Positions 48,800 through 59,532 of a DNA stretch of 64,000 bases are shown in pieces. The stretch lies in contig CBDFHD010000002.1 of assembly GCA_965247285.1 (NCBI GenBank), forward strand, positions 1,139,772 through 1,203,771, given 5' to 3'. Under the pieces are notes generated by a model that worked only from the letters and a program-made list of their open reading frames with translations, was not told where the DNA came from and did not search any database. Each line of letters opens with the position of its first letter. Positions within the stretch are counted from its first letter, which is position 1. Source of the stretch: Candidatus Poribacteria bacterium (GTDB lineage Bacteria; Poribacteria; WGA-4E; WGA-3G). Position numbers and translations under genes: made by a program.

Positions 48800-50743
48800 A
48801 TGGCTAATAACGTTTTTCCACCGGCAGAAACTGCTTATCCGATTGATGATGCCCACGTCAGCAGCTTAGAAACATATCAAGCACAATACGCCGAATCAAT
48901 TCAAGATCCGGAAGCATTTTGGGCAACGATCGCGGAACGATTGACGTGGTATCAGAAATGGCATACAGTTCGCGATTACGATTTCGTTAACGCCGAGATT
49001 AAATGGTTCGACGGAGGCACACTGAACGTCTGCTATAATTGCCTCGATCGGCATATAGAAGCAGGACACGGTGATGCAACCGCCATTATTTGGGAGGGAA
49101 ACGCCCCATCCGAAGATAAGACATTCAACTACAGTGAACTCCTCGCTGAGGTCAAAAAGTTTGCCAATGTCCTGAAGGCACAAGGCATAGAAAAAGGCGA
49201 CCGCGTGTGTATCTACTTACAGATGGTTCCAGAGTTAGCGATTGCGATGTTAGCGTGTGCGAGGATTGGTGCTGTCCACTCTATCGTTTTCGGCGCATTT
49301 TCAGCGGAAGCCCTCCGAGACAGAATTAACGACTCAGCGTGTAAACTGCTGATAACGCAGGACACGGCAATGCGTGGTCCCCGTAGCGATATACCGATGA
49401 AGGCAAATGCTGATGCCGCAGTTGCCGAATGTCCATCTATTGAAAAGGTTGTCGTTGTCAAGCGAACAGGAGATGCAGTTGACTTTGATGCATCCAGAGA
49501 TATTTGGTGGCATGAAGCAATAGCAAACGCCGATGCAGAATGTGAACCGGTAGTTATGAATGCTGAAGACCCGCTTTTTATCCTGTATACCTCCGGCTCG
49601 ACCGGTAAACCGAAGGGAGTTTTGCATACTACAGGCGGTTACCTCGTTTACACATCTTACACACATCAACAGGTTTTTGACTATCACGAAGGCGATGTCT
49701 ACTGGTGCACCGCCGATATAGGTTGGATAACAGGACACTCTTATATTGTCTACGGTCCACTTGCAAATCGTGCGATTAGTGTGATGTTTGAAGGTGTGCC
49801 AAACTATCCGGACTTTGGACGCTTTTGGCAGGTCGTTGAGAAGCACAACATTAATATCTTCTACACTGCCCCGACAGCACTACGCGCGCTGATGAAAGAA
49901 GGGAATACATGGGTCGAAAAGTACGACAGATCCACGCTTAGACTGCTCGGTACGGTGGGTGAACCGATCAAAGAACCGGAGTGGCTGTGGTACTACAATA
50001 CAGTCGGTGAGAAACGGTGCCCCATCGTCGATACATGGTGGCAAACCGAAACGGGTGGGATTCTGATGACACCACTGCCTGCTGCGACACCACTGAAACC
50101 CGGCTCGGCAACCTTCCCGTTCTTCGGAATTGAACCCGTGATACTTGATGAAGGTGGTAACGAAGTGGAAGGTAACCCTGCAACCGGTTATCTCTGTATT
50201 AAAACGGCGTGGCCCGGCATCATGCGAACCATCTACGGCGACCATGAACGGTTTTTGGACACCTATTTCCGCCGATTCCCTGGCTACTATATGACAGGCG
50301 ATGGGGTCCTACGCGATGAAGAGGGTTATTATTGGATTACAGGACGCGTGGATGACGTTCTGAACGTCTCCGGACACCGATTAGGCACAGCAGAGGTCGA
50401 AGGTGCAATCGGGCAACACGAGGCAGTGGCAGAAGCCGCAGTCGTCGGTTATCCACACGACATCAAGGGACAAGGCATCTATGCGTATGTTACGCTCATG
50501 ACGGGCGAATCCGCATCTGATACGGTGGAAACAGGCATCAAACAGGCGGTCCGACAACATATCGGACCTATCGCCACGCCTGACAAAATTCAGTTCACCC
50601 CTGCCCTGCCAAAGACGAGATCGGGCAAGATTATGCGGCGTATCCTCCGCAAAATCGCGGAAGGCGACATCTCCGACCTCGGTGATACCTCCACCCTTGC
50701 CGATCCAACAGTGGTTGACGCTTTGGTTGACGGGAGACGATAG
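48800..50743 (+). CDS. acs: acetyl-CoA synthetase (AMP-forming)
   Basis: 647 aa. Acs N-terminal region ([15 protein letters not shown]) and AMP-binding motif ([12 protein letters not shown]). Confidence 0.9.
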   Translation: MANNVFPPAETAYPIDDAHVSSLETYQAQYAESIQDPEAFWATIAERLTWYQKWHTVRDYDFVNAEIKWFDGGTLNVCYNCLDRHIEAGHGDATAIIWEGNAPSEDKTFNYSELLAEVKKFANVLKAQGIEKGDRVCIYLQMVPELAIAMLACARIGAVHSIVFGAFSAEALRDRINDSACKLLITQDTAMRGPRSDIPMKANADAAVAECPSIEKVVVVKRTGDAVDFDASRDIWWHEAIANADAECEPVVMNAEDPLFILYTSGSTGKPKGVLHTTGGYLVYTSYTHQQVFDYHEGDVYWCTADIGWITGHSYIVYGPLANRAISVMFEGVPNYPDFGRFWQVVEKHNINIFYTAPTALRALMKEGNTWVEKYDRSTLRLLGTVGEPIKEPEWLWYYNTVGEKRCPIVDTWWQTETGGILMTPLPAATPLKPGSATFPFFGIEPVILDEGGNEVEGNPATGYLCIKTAWPGIMRTIYGDHERFLDTYFRRFPGYYMTGDGVLRDEEGYYWITGRVDDVLNVSGHRLGTAEVEGAIGQHEAVAEAAVVGYPHDIKGQGIYAYVTLMTGESASDTVETGIKQAVRQHIGPIATPDKIQFTPALPKTRSGKIMRRILRKIAEGDISDLGDTSTLADPTVVDALVDGRR

Positions 50744-50917
50744 AAATCACGATGTCCGTTACGAAGTTTTCGTTTCACAACAAAGGGGTTTCTTGAGATA
50801 GTATCAAACCCCATAGCCCGTAAGCGTAGCGGAGGGCGGGTTTAAGAAACGCACTTGATAGTCGAAACGCTCGTCCTTCCTCCGCAAGGAAAAATTAAAA
50901 TAAGGAAAAATTAAAAA

Positions 50918-51412
50918 TTGGCATCAGCACAGAAGATAGTAAATGAATTAAAAAAACAGGAGATCACCCACGCTGTAGGCGTTCCAGATAACGGGAGTGC
51001 CCGGATTTATGAACTCTTACGATCAGAGCCTGGTATCGAAGTCATTACGGTCACTCGCGAAGGGGAAGCATTTGCTATTGCGTCAGGCTTGTACGTTGGT
51101 GGCAAAAAGCCTGTGATCATCATCCAAAATACCGGATTCTTGGAATCAGGCGATGCGATCCGAGGCACCGTTGTCAACATGCGGGTCCCAGTAGTGGTAT
51201 TTATTGGATATCGCGGTTACCACAACCGAGATAGAGATGGACAATGGGTCGATTCTGTAGCGACTTTCCTTGAACCGACGTTGAAAGCATGGAATCTCTC
51301 TTATGAAATGCTTGAAACAGACTCGGATGTTCCCGGCATCGCGAGAGCATTTGAAGAGGCGACAGAGACTTCACTACCAACAGCAGTGCTTCTAATCGGA
51401 CATTCTACATAG
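50918..51412 (+). CDS. sulfopyruvate/phosphonopyruvate decarboxylase alpha-subunit-like TPP-enzyme PYR domain protein (orphan)
   Basis: 164 aa resembling ComD (EITHAVGVPDNGSARIYELL...VTREGEAFAIASGLYVGGKKPVIIIQNTG). Apparent TTG start preceded by a duplicated AAGGAAAAATTAAAA motif. No beta subunit follows. Confidence 0.55.
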   Translation: MASAQKIVNELKKQEITHAVGVPDNGSARIYELLRSEPGIEVITVTREGEAFAIASGLYVGGKKPVIIIQNTGFLESGDAIRGTVVNMRVPVVVFIGYRGYHNRDRDGQWVDSVATFLEPTLKAWNLSYEMLETDSDVPGIARAFEEATETSLPTAVLLIGHST

Positions 51413-51620
51413 CAGTTTTTGCCTCTATTTCGACTGTATGGAACAAACAAGAGGATTCTTGTGCTGAGACCTATAGCGTTCTTTTCCCGTAATTGAGAGT
51501 GCCTTACGCGAAATGATGACGCAATTGCCTCGTCGCGCTCCTTTTTTCCGTAAAATCCTGTTAAAATCCCTGTTTTTTCGGGTTTTTTGGTGAAATGTCG
51601 CTTTTTTTTAAACATTTTAC

Positions 51621-51650
51621 TTGACAAAACGTTTTAATATAATGTATCAT
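51621..51650 (+). promoter_or_regulatory. putative sigma70-type promoter of the sigma-factor gene
   Basis: TTGACA at 51621-51626, an 18-bp spacer, then TATCAT at 51645-51650. Alternatively TTTACT with a 16-bp spacer and TATAAT at 51638-51643. Strong RBS AAGGAGAGGAG before the ATG. Confidence 0.35.
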
Positions 51651-51693
51651 TAATCTTTGTTTTATCAAAAGTCTATAGAAGGAGAGGAGAAAG

Positions 51694-52977
51694 ATGGAAG
51701 CCGAGTTTTTCGGTGAAACAGCAAGTATTGAAAGTGTTGATCCATACATGGATGCAACATATCCGCCAGATGAGACAGAACCCTCAGAAAGTTATACAGG
51801 TAGCGATCAAAGCGCTTTAACGAGTTGGCTTCGGAGCGTAGCAGGTCACCGTCTGTTAACCCGCGAGGAAGAAGTTCAATTGGCGAAACGGATTGAAGTC
51901 GCAGAAGCTAAAGCACTAGACGAACTATTAGACGCCTTAGTGGAAGTAAACCTATTATCTCGCGAGAAGAGAGAGCAACTGGCAGTACGAATTGAAGCCG
52001 TAGAGGCTAAAGCACTAAACGAACTATTAGATGCCTTAGTGGACGTAGACCTATTATCTCGCGAAAAGAAAGAGCAACTGACAGTACGAATTGGCGCTGG
52101 CAGGAGCGAAACAAGAAAAGCACTGGTAAGCGAACTACAAGACGCACTGGTGAAAGGTGACTCATTATCTGACGAAGAAAAAGATAAACTGACGAAACGA
52201 ATTGGAGTAGCGGAGAGTGAAGCACGTAGGGCACGAGATGAACTTGTCCAAGCGAATCTACGACTCGTAATTTCTATCGCCGTTAAATACCAAGGTCACA
52301 ACGTGCCACTCGAAGATTTGATTCAAGAAGGAAACATCGGACTGATTAAAGCAGCAAGCAAGTTTGACTATCAGAGGGGTTTTAAATTCAGTACGTACGC
52401 GATTTGGTGGATTAAACAAGCGATTATGCGTACGCTTGACAATTTTTCCCGTTCCATTCGATTACCTTCCTACGTAGTTGCAAAGATGAACAAGTTCGAC
52501 GCCGTCTACTCAACGTTGTGTCAAGAACTACAACGCGAGCCGCGGCGCGACGAAATAGCAGACGCTTTAGACTTGACATTGAAACAGGTCGAAGAAATTT
52601 TAACGTTTAACGCTGACGCTATCTCGATGGATTTACCACTTAGCGACGAACGGTCTGCTGCTACATTAGGCGACTTAATCGAAGACCCAACAACCAGTGG
52701 CGAAGGCGGTCCGATCGCAGAAATGATTAATCAGGATTTGACCGCTCAATTTCTCAAAAGACTGCCAGAGCGCGAACAAAGAGTATTGAAGATGCGTTTC
52801 GGACTTGAGGACGGAGAACGGAAAACACTCCGAGAAATCGGTGTCGCTTTGGAAGTTACCCGGGAACGAGTCCGCCAACTGGAAATAGACGCAATCAAAC
52901 GATTGTATAACCTTTATGACGAAATGGGCGAATTTCGGTCAAATCGTCAATCATGGGCAGGGAAAACCGCCGCATAA
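51694..52977 (+). CDS. RNA polymerase sigma factor, sigma-70 family (RpoD-like) with internal 33-aa duplication
   Basis: Regions 1.2, 2 ([37 protein letters not shown]), 3 and 4 ([27 protein letters not shown]). Confidence 0.85.
   Translation: MEAEFFGETASIESVDPYMDATYPPDETEPSESYTGSDQSALTSWLRSVAGHRLLTREEEVQLAKRIEVAEAKALDELLDALVEVNLLSREKREQLAVRIEAVEAKALNELLDALVDVDLLSREKKEQLTVRIGAGRSETRKALVSELQDALVKGDSLSDEEKDKLTKRIGVAESEARRARDELVQANLRLVISIAVKYQGHNVPLEDLIQEGNIGLIKAASKFDYQRGFKFSTYAIWWIKQAIMRTLDNFSRSIRLPSYVVAKMNKFDAVYSTLCQELQREPRRDEIADALDLTLKQVEEILTFNADAISMDLPLSDERSAATLGDLIEDPTTSGEGGPIAEMINQDLTAQFLKRLPEREQRVLKMRFGLEDGERKTLREIGVALEVTRERVRQLEIDAIKRLYNLYDEMGEFRSNRQSWAGKTAA
51889..52086 (+). repeat. 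99-bp in-frame tandem duplication (2 copies, roughly 90 percent identical) inside the sigma-factor gene
   Basis: Copy 1 is 51889-51987 and copy 2 is 51988-52086. They encode [33 protein letters not shown] and [33 protein letters not shown]. Confidence 0.7.
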
Positions 52978-52998
52978 CGCCGCTCACGGAAGGCAATT

Positions 52999-53613
52999 AT
53001 GAAGAATATCTTGAAGAAGCTCAAGGGCACTGAAACCGCTTTGCTGACAGTCACAGAAGCCGCACAAGAGAAAATTCAGGCAGTGATAGCAACCGAAGAG
53101 GCTGAAGTTCAAGGACTACGCATTAGTATTCAGGGTAGAACTGCCACCGCTTTCCAATACAGCCTTGGTTTAGCTACTGAAGCACAAGCAGATGACATTG
53201 TTGTTGAATGTGGGAATTTTAATATACTTGTCGACGCGGAAAGCGCGCCTGACCTTAAAGGTACTGTGATTGACTATGTTGATGACCTGAATTCGAATGG
53301 GTTCAACATTGAGAACCCAAACACACCAACATGGGACAATCCAAAAGCACAAGAGGTTCAGAAGCTCATTGATGAACGGATTAATCCGGCTGTTGCGGCA
53401 CACGGTGGACAGATAGAACTCCTGAATGTCGAGGATGATGCCATATACATTCATATGGGCGGCGGCTGTCAAGGCTGCGGCATGGCAGACGTCACACTTA
53501 AACACGGCATCGAGGCAATGATTCAAGAGGTCTTTCCTGAGATTAAGCACGTGATTGACACCACCGATCACGGTGCCGGGGATGACCCGTACTATTCCCC
53601 AAGCAAGGGATAA
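52999..53613 (+). CDS. nfuA: Fe-S biogenesis protein NfuA (degenerate A-type carrier domain plus Nfu domain)
   Basis: 204 aa. N-terminal HesB-like domain without Cys ligands. C-terminal Nfu CxxC (GGGCQGCG). Confidence 0.75.
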   Translation: MKNILKKLKGTETALLTVTEAAQEKIQAVIATEEAEVQGLRISIQGRTATAFQYSLGLATEAQADDIVVECGNFNILVDAESAPDLKGTVIDYVDDLNSNGFNIENPNTPTWDNPKAQEVQKLIDERINPAVAAHGGQIELLNVEDDAIYIHMGGGCQGCGMADVTLKHGIEAMIQEVFPEIKHVIDTTDHGAGDDPYYSPSKG

Positions 53614-53621
53614 CACAAATG

Positions 53622-53657
53622 ACGGGCGGATGTCACCATCTGCCCGTTTTTATTTTT
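53622..53657. terminator. bidirectional intrinsic terminator between convergent nfuA and the GHMP gene
   Basis: GGGCGGATG-tcacc-ATCTGCCC stem followed by GTTTTTATTTTT on the plus strand. An A-rich tract precedes it, serving the minus strand. Confidence 0.6.
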
Positions 53658-54624
53658 AACCTGACACAACGTGTGCACCCAGATTGTTCGCCTGCGTAAC
53701 AAAACAGGAACCCCCCTCCGGAAGTGTTTTTAGGAATGCTTCGGCGTCCCGCTTTAACCTATCAATATCCTCACCCATCACACAAATTGCCGACCCCCAA
53801 CTGCTAACGCCCGCGCCGAAAACACCACTGTCGCGTAAGAAGTCAAGCGTCAATCGGAGCTCAGCACCTTGTGCCTCAATTTCCACTTTTTTCCATCCAA
53901 ACGTTTGAATTTGATCTAAGGCTTTGCCAAAGGTGTGCATATCTCCTTCAATCAAGGCAGGAAGTACCTGCATCAATAGGATGTGTGAAAGTTTCTGGGC
54001 AACCCATTCCGGTTGCGGACAAAGCGTCTGAAACAACTCGATCTCTTTATCACCATAAATCCGTGAACAATTCGGCATGACAATTAGCAACGGCACTTCT
54101 GGAAACGAGTAACGGAGTAAAACCGGAGGTGGTGAAATATCCCCAAGTGCGGAAGAAGGGAGGAAGGATGACTTCTGTTCAGGGAAACGATGTCCGCCAT
54201 CAACGATGAACCCACCTGTCTCGAATGCCGCAACACCAATACCTGAAGTGCCGCCACGTCCGACAACTTTTGCCAATTCTTGGACATCTAACCCAAGTCC
54301 GTATAGCACATTGACTGCGTGTGCAACACCAAGAGAAAGTTGCGTTCCAGATCCGAATCCACAATGCATCGGGATTTCAGATTGAAATGTTAATTTAATG
54401 CCGGGGAAGGGATAGGTTTCTTGAAGTCGCTCAAGTACTGCAGCAGTCCGATCACGGTATACAGAAGATGGCAGATGAATTCCGGTTGCCCGCTCAGCAA
54501 CAATTTGAAAATTGGGCTCAGCAATTGCGAGACCGAACCCACCATCAATCCGTCCCAATGCACCGTTCAAATCAAGTAGAGAAAAGTGTAAACGGGACGG
54601 AGTGGTAATTTTGACGTGGTGCAT
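53656..54624 (-). CDS. GHMP-kinase-fold protein, beta-ribofuranosylaminobenzene 5'-phosphate synthase-like
   Basis: 322 aa. N-terminal TPSRLHFSLLDLNGALGRIDGGFGLAI and GHMP motif (PMHCGFGSGTQLSLG) resemble archaeal beta-RFAP synthase (MptG). Confidence 0.5.
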   Translation of the reverse strand: MHHVKITTPSRLHFSLLDLNGALGRIDGGFGLAIAEPNFQIVAERATGIHLPSSVYRDRTAAVLERLQETYPFPGIKLTFQSEIPMHCGFGSGTQLSLGVAHAVNVLYGLGLDVQELAKVVGRGGTSGIGVAAFETGGFIVDGGHRFPEQKSSFLPSSALGDISPPPVLLRYSFPEVPLLIVMPNCSRIYGDKEIELFQTLCPQPEWVAQKLSHILLMQVLPALIEGDMHTFGKALDQIQTFGWKKVEIEAQGAELRLTLDFLRDSGVFGAGVSSWGSAICVMGEDIDRLKRDAEAFLKTLPEGGSCFVTQANNLGAHVVSG

Positions 54625-54877
54625 AGTTGTGTCGGGTCGATTGAGTCTTATGAGCAGGTTACGGAACGGTGTAACCTCTCCCTTTCATACCGAGTTTCAC
54701 TTCAGGTGATAGACCCCGCCTTGAAAGGCGAGGCTTCCGCAAAGTTATGCGAAAGCACTTGTGGAATTCAGAAGCGGACTAGACGCTTCAACACAGCAGT
54801 CTGCTATTCTGTTAAACAGAACAATAGGTCTTACAACTGCTAAGCTAACGGTTTTGACCTTTCCAAGAAGGCGGTGT

Positions 54878-55066
54878 CTACACCCCCTCACTAAAGTCGG
54901 GGGTTTTGACACCGAAATTTGATAACGGCATAAATTTCGCTGCATCCCACTTAATTTGTGCTTGGACTTGATAAGCAGCAAAACAGAATGCAACAAGGGT
55001 AAAAAGGCACGCCCTTTTCATGCGGACTTTCCGTAGATTAGCCAGTAGCCTCACCATCATGCCCAT
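54878..55066 (-). pseudogene. N-terminal remnant of the MacB/FtsX-type efflux permease
   Basis: Small ORF ...[29 protein letters not shown] resembles the conserved N-terminus plus TM1 of FtsX-like permeases (ALRNLRRNKLRS..LT.LGI.IGV). It ends after about 60 codons. The rest of the gene is missing. Confidence 0.45.
54883..54908 (+). terminator. plus-strand intrinsic terminator hairpin (CCCCC-11 nt-GGGGG-TTTT)
   Basis: caCCCCCtcactaaagtcGGGGGTTTTgac. No U-tract on the minus-strand side. Confidence 0.45.
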
Positions 55067-55742
55067 TTTGTCTGACATCTCGCTCGATCAAACCATCTCG
55101 AATATGCAACACACGTTTGGCATGTTCAGCGACTTCAGCTTCGTGTGTCACCATGATGATGGTATTTCCCTCGTCGTTCAAACGGTTGAAAATCGCCATG
55201 ATTTCGGTGCCAGAACGGGTATCCAGGTTACCTGTCGGCTCATCAGCGAAGATCATTGAGGGCCTATTGACTAAAGCCCGTGCGATCGCCACACGCTGAA
55301 TTTGTCCACCAGACAACTCTGTTGACTTGTGATTGACTCGATCGGCTAAGCCTACCGCCTCCAAAGATTCAAAGGCACGTCGTTTGCGTTCTTTTCTGCC
55401 CAAACCGGAGTAAATAAGCGGCAATTCAACATTGTTGAGTGCACTCGTTCGCGGCAGCAGATTAAACGACTGAAACACAAAACCGATTTTTTTATTCCGA
55501 ATGTCAGCCAAACGATTATCGGACAGTTTCCCAACCTCTTCACCTTCAAGGAAGTACTCTCCCGAAGTCGGCGTTGCGAGACACCCCAGAATATCCATCA
55601 TCGTTGATTTTCCGGAACCCGAGGGTCCCATAATCGCGATGAATTCGCCTTGTGTTATACTGAAGCTCACACCTCGTAAGGCATGCACCTGCACATCGCC
55701 CATTTGATAGATTTTTATCAAATCTTTTACATCTATTAACAC
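55038..55742 (-). CDS. ABC transporter ATP-binding protein (MacB/LolD-type)
   Basis: 234 aa. Walker [10 protein letters not shown], signature [15 protein letters not shown], Walker [12 protein letters not shown]. Confidence 0.85.
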   Translation of the reverse strand: MLIDVKDLIKIYQMGDVQVHALRGVSFSITQGEFIAIMGPSGSGKSTMMDILGCLATPTSGEYFLEGEEVGKLSDNRLADIRNKKIGFVFQSFNLLPRTSALNNVELPLIYSGLGRKERKRRAFESLEAVGLADRVNHKSTELSGGQIQRVAIARALVNRPSMIFADEPTGNLDTRSGTEIMAIFNRLNDEGNTIIMVTHEAEVAEHAKRVLHIRDGLIERDVRQNGHDGEATG

Positions 55743-55819
55743 AATGTTTCCTCCTTAACCTTGATCTTATCAAGGTAAAGCAATAGACCAGAAATACAAC
55801 TTAGCATGTTTATGTTGAC

Positions 55820-57790
55820 TTATTTATCCTCTTCCTCTGTATCTGTTTGCCCCTTCGTTAATTCTTGCATAGAAGGCACAAAAACGCGGTCCCCCTCCTT
55901 CAAACCGCCGGTGATTTGAAAGTGGGTGTTATTGCGCTGCCCAATTGTAATGTGAGTTTTGACACCTTTTTGCTCTTTTTTATCTTTACTGGGCTCACCT
56001 GTATCTAACATAACAAAGTATTGCCGCTCACTGCTAACTTCAGCCTCTATATTAGAAAGGATCTCTTGCTCGGAGACAACAATGGAAATCTCCATTGGAC
56101 CGCTCTGCAAGCCTTTCTGCGCACCTTCGAGTAATACTTCAAGGTTGCCACGGGTTTCCTCTCGGGCAATCTTGCCGACTCGTCCATCAAACTCCTTCCC
56201 GATCAAATTCCGGATTTTGAGTTCCTGACCTTCCCGAAATTGTCCGAGATCTACCGAATTTACATTCGCCTTAACAGTGAAAACTTTTGGACTCAGCACA
56301 GCGGGTATTGGAAGTTGAAGGATATCGGACTCTTCAAACACAATGATGTCAACATCTGCAGACATACCGGGCAGAAGTTCTGGCGGCGAACCGATGACCT
56401 CTACATCTACCTCAAAGGTGATGACAGAACTCTGATTCTGGGGACCACGGGGGGTCGCACTCGGTGAAATCTCGCTGACCCGTCCCGGAAAGACCTGACC
56501 CGGATAACTATCAACGCTGATTTCGGCGCGTTGTTCCTCACTTATTTTCCCAATTTCCACTTGATTTATCTGTGTCCTTACGATCATCCGATCGAGGTCG
56601 GCAATGCGCATGATAGCTTCACCGCGTGAAAAAGAGGAACGCCCCGAGGTAATAATTTCACCCTCTTCCACAATGAGACGCGTAACCGTACCGGATATAG
56701 GTGACGTGACTGTTGTCCATTTGTAGCGCTCTTGCTGAGACTTGAGTTGGCTCTCCGCCTGAAGCAGGCCCGCCTCCGCACCAACTCTTGCATGTCTGGT
56801 TAGTTCTTTCTCGTCTTCGGTTGTATCTTCCAGTTGCTGGAGCCGGGTGCGAGCGTTCTCGAATTCTGCCTCTAACTGCTTTTTCCGTGCTTCTTCCGAT
56901 TCTCCAAGTGTTTCAACATTCTTTTGATTCAGCGCGAGTGTTGATTCTCGACTCTCAATCGCTTGATCCATCGCGTTGATGTTCTCTTCTTGGGATTTAA
57001 TAGTCTCATTTTGCGATTCAACCTCTTTCTGTGCGTTTTCATACTGCGACTTAGCTAAGGCAAGTTGCCTCTGAGAGTCTTCCAACGATTTTTTTGAGAC
57101 CAGTTTTTTATCAAACAGTTCTTTATTCCGCTCATACTCGGATTCTGCGGTTTCAAAGGAGATTTTCGCGGATTCAACATTTCCTTCGGTACGTTGAAGG
57201 GTTAGGTTCGCTTGCTCTAATGCAATTTTTGCCTGTCTCAGGGCAATCTGATCTTGGGTGAGGGAATTTTTTGTCGTAGCAACCTGTGTCTCCGCTTCGG
57301 TAATTCGTTGCCGCGTCGTTGCAACAAATGAATCTAAAGTTGCCTGTGCCATAGCGACAGAATTGCGTGCTTGGGCGAGACCACTCTCTTGCTGTTTTTC
57401 AGTAATCTGGATTTGGAGTCCCGCCCGTTGAAGTTCAGCACTTCGCGCATCGCGGTTGGCTTCTGCCTGTTTCCTCTGTTCCAGAATTTGTTCATCGTCA
57501 ATACGCAGCAAAGGATCCCCCAACTCAACTCTTTGCCCTTCATCGACAAGAATTTCAACTATCTCGCCCTCCACGTTCGAGCGGACATCCACCTCAAGAA
57601 AGGAACGTAGATTACCAGACTCACGCACCCGAACGAGAAATTCACCGCGACGGACAATTTCCTGTTTATCCTCAGTTTTCTTCTTGTTTTGACCGAAACT
57701 GAAGTTCATCCGTGTAGCACCAATTGCCCCAACAGCGATCACAACTAAGGCAATTGCTCCGACGATAATCCACTTTTTTCGATTTTTCAC
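55820..57790 (-). CDS. efflux periplasmic adaptor (HlyD/MacA-family membrane fusion protein) with extended coiled-coil
   Basis: 656 aa. N-terminal TM, barrel-sandwich and lipoyl-like segments, and a very long coiled-coil. Confidence 0.8.
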   Translation of the reverse strand: MKNRKKWIIVGAIALVVIAVGAIGATRMNFSFGQNKKKTEDKQEIVRRGEFLVRVRESGNLRSFLEVDVRSNVEGEIVEILVDEGQRVELGDPLLRIDDEQILEQRKQAEANRDARSAELQRAGLQIQITEKQQESGLAQARNSVAMAQATLDSFVATTRQRITEAETQVATTKNSLTQDQIALRQAKIALEQANLTLQRTEGNVESAKISFETAESEYERNKELFDKKLVSKKSLEDSQRQLALAKSQYENAQKEVESQNETIKSQEENINAMDQAIESRESTLALNQKNVETLGESEEARKKQLEAEFENARTRLQQLEDTTEDEKELTRHARVGAEAGLLQAESQLKSQQERYKWTTVTSPISGTVTRLIVEEGEIITSGRSSFSRGEAIMRIADLDRMIVRTQINQVEIGKISEEQRAEISVDSYPGQVFPGRVSEISPSATPRGPQNQSSVITFEVDVEVIGSPPELLPGMSADVDIIVFEESDILQLPIPAVLSPKVFTVKANVNSVDLGQFREGQELKIRNLIGKEFDGRVGKIAREETRGNLEVLLEGAQKGLQSGPMEISIVVSEQEILSNIEAEVSSERQYFVMLDTGEPSKDKKEQKGVKTHITIGQRNNTHFQITGGLKEGDRVFVPSMQELTKGQTDTEEEDK

Positions 57791-57792
57791 GG

Positions 57793-59202
57793 CTACTGTA
57801 ACACTCCCATTGCGTCCTGTAAACGGTTTTGTGTAATTTTGTAATCGTAGAACGTATTCACCTCATCCGTCAACGCCTGTGCGTAATTGGTTTGGGCATC
57901 AAGGAGTTCAAGCAGGATTGCTTTGTCAACATCAAAACGCCCTTGAATGACCTCTAAACTGAGTCGAGCGTTGGTGACTTGTGTTCTGGCGATATCGACT
58001 GCGGCTTCACCGCGCTTGAGATTTAGATACGATTGTCGGACCTCTAAGGCAACCGACCGCTCCAGGTCACTGGCATTTTCACGAGCCTGTTCTAATTGCA
58101 TAGTCAACTCTCTGACACGATTCCCCAAAACACCACCATCAAAAAGCGTAAAATTAAGTGACACGCCTGCGCTCCAACTTCGGAACTCGGAAAAATTCTC
58201 ACGCTCACGGAGGTAATCGTCGACGTTAACGTTGTAGTCTACATCCGCGTTCAGACGGGGCCAGCGCTGTAATTTCGCAAGTGTCAATGACCATTCCTGT
58301 GAGTTCAATTGTGATTGCGTTTCTTTAAATTCCGGACGATTGTCAAGTGCTATCTGAATAGCTTCTTCAACCGATATTTCTATTCTCTCAATTGTGCCAC
58401 GTTGCTGATATAACTGATACGACGCATCCGCCGCAACAGTAATTAGCGCACCTGGATCTAAGCCGAGGAGTCGTGGTAATCTGGCTTTTGAAATTTGAAG
58501 TGAATTATTGTTGTTTAGCTGGGCGAATCTGTTATTTCCCTCTCGCACTTCAGCTGTCGCTACATCCGCTGGAATGAGCGAACCTGCCTCTACGAAATCT
58601 TTAGTGCGTTGTGTGTTCTCCTGTGCCCTCGCCAAATTCTGTTCACTCACTTCGACCAGTGCCTGATATTGGAGGACATCATAATAGGCTTCAGTGATTT
58701 GCAAAATTAGGCTCTGTTTAATTCGCTCATTACGGTTCACAGTGCCACTCAGGGACTCTTTCGCCTGTGCGAACCCACCCTCACGTTGACCATTGTCCCA
58801 AATCGTATATTGTCCGCTCAGCCCTAAATTGTAGTTTTCGGGTTCAAACCCGAAGTCAACTCGGTCAGAAAAATCGTAAACACCGGTTGAAAAGATACGT
58901 GGAAAATAGTCAGCACGGGCAGTTTTCACCCGAAGTTCCTGTATAGCAAGATTCAAACGTGCATTTCGCATATTCGTCGATTTTTCCAAACCTACTTGGA
59001 TACATTGTTCAAGTGTCAAAGATTGGGTTAAATCAACTTCGGTGGCACGTTCCTGTGCACTGACACAAATAACGACTGCAAACTGAACAGCGAGGATGAA
59101 TTTTAAGAGCAAGCTTCGGAAACCTGAACGGTGCATTCCTTTGAGCTTTGACAAAACAATGAATTTATTTTTTCTGGGAATCATTAACATCTCCTTGTCC
59201 AT
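57793..59202 (-). CDS. TolC-family outer membrane efflux protein
   Basis: 469 aa. Signal peptide and two TolC-like repeats. Immediately upstream of, and coupled to, the adaptor gene. Confidence 0.8.
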   Translation of the reverse strand: MDKEMLMIPRKNKFIVLSKLKGMHRSGFRSLLLKFILAVQFAVVICVSAQERATEVDLTQSLTLEQCIQVGLEKSTNMRNARLNLAIQELRVKTARADYFPRIFSTGVYDFSDRVDFGFEPENYNLGLSGQYTIWDNGQREGGFAQAKESLSGTVNRNERIKQSLILQITEAYYDVLQYQALVEVSEQNLARAQENTQRTKDFVEAGSLIPADVATAEVREGNNRFAQLNNNNSLQISKARLPRLLGLDPGALITVAADASYQLYQQRGTIERIEISVEEAIQIALDNRPEFKETQSQLNSQEWSLTLAKLQRWPRLNADVDYNVNVDDYLRERENFSEFRSWSAGVSLNFTLFDGGVLGNRVRELTMQLEQARENASDLERSVALEVRQSYLNLKRGEAAVDIARTQVTNARLSLEVIQGRFDVDKAILLELLDAQTNYAQALTDEVNTFYDYKITQNRLQDAMGVLQ

Positions 59203-59532
59203 TCCAACATTTGTAGGGTGCCCTCCAAGCGGGCACCTCGTGTAAGTTCAACACTTTCCAACAGGATGTTTTGGGAACATGTAAGTTTCGCCAAAACCGT
59301 ATTATTATAGATTGCGGCATCAATACGAGCCTCTCCAATTGCGCCCAGTGCTCCTGCTACTAACCTGTGAGCGGGATTCCTAACCATGAACTTTAATACA
59401 AGACAGACTCCGAAATTCTAACAGTTAAGTTTTAACTTTCAAGGCACGCCAAAAAGATATTATTTATAACATTTTGACGCAGTTTCTCGGTAAAAGTTTA
59501 GACATTTTAACACCTAAAGAAGTTCTTTTTTC

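Noticed and set aside
54878-55078. Small ORF as a genuine secreted micro-protein
   Set aside because: Its N-terminus matches the conserved start of FtsX/MacB permeases. It sits exactly where the permease gene belongs. Interpreted instead as a truncation remnant.
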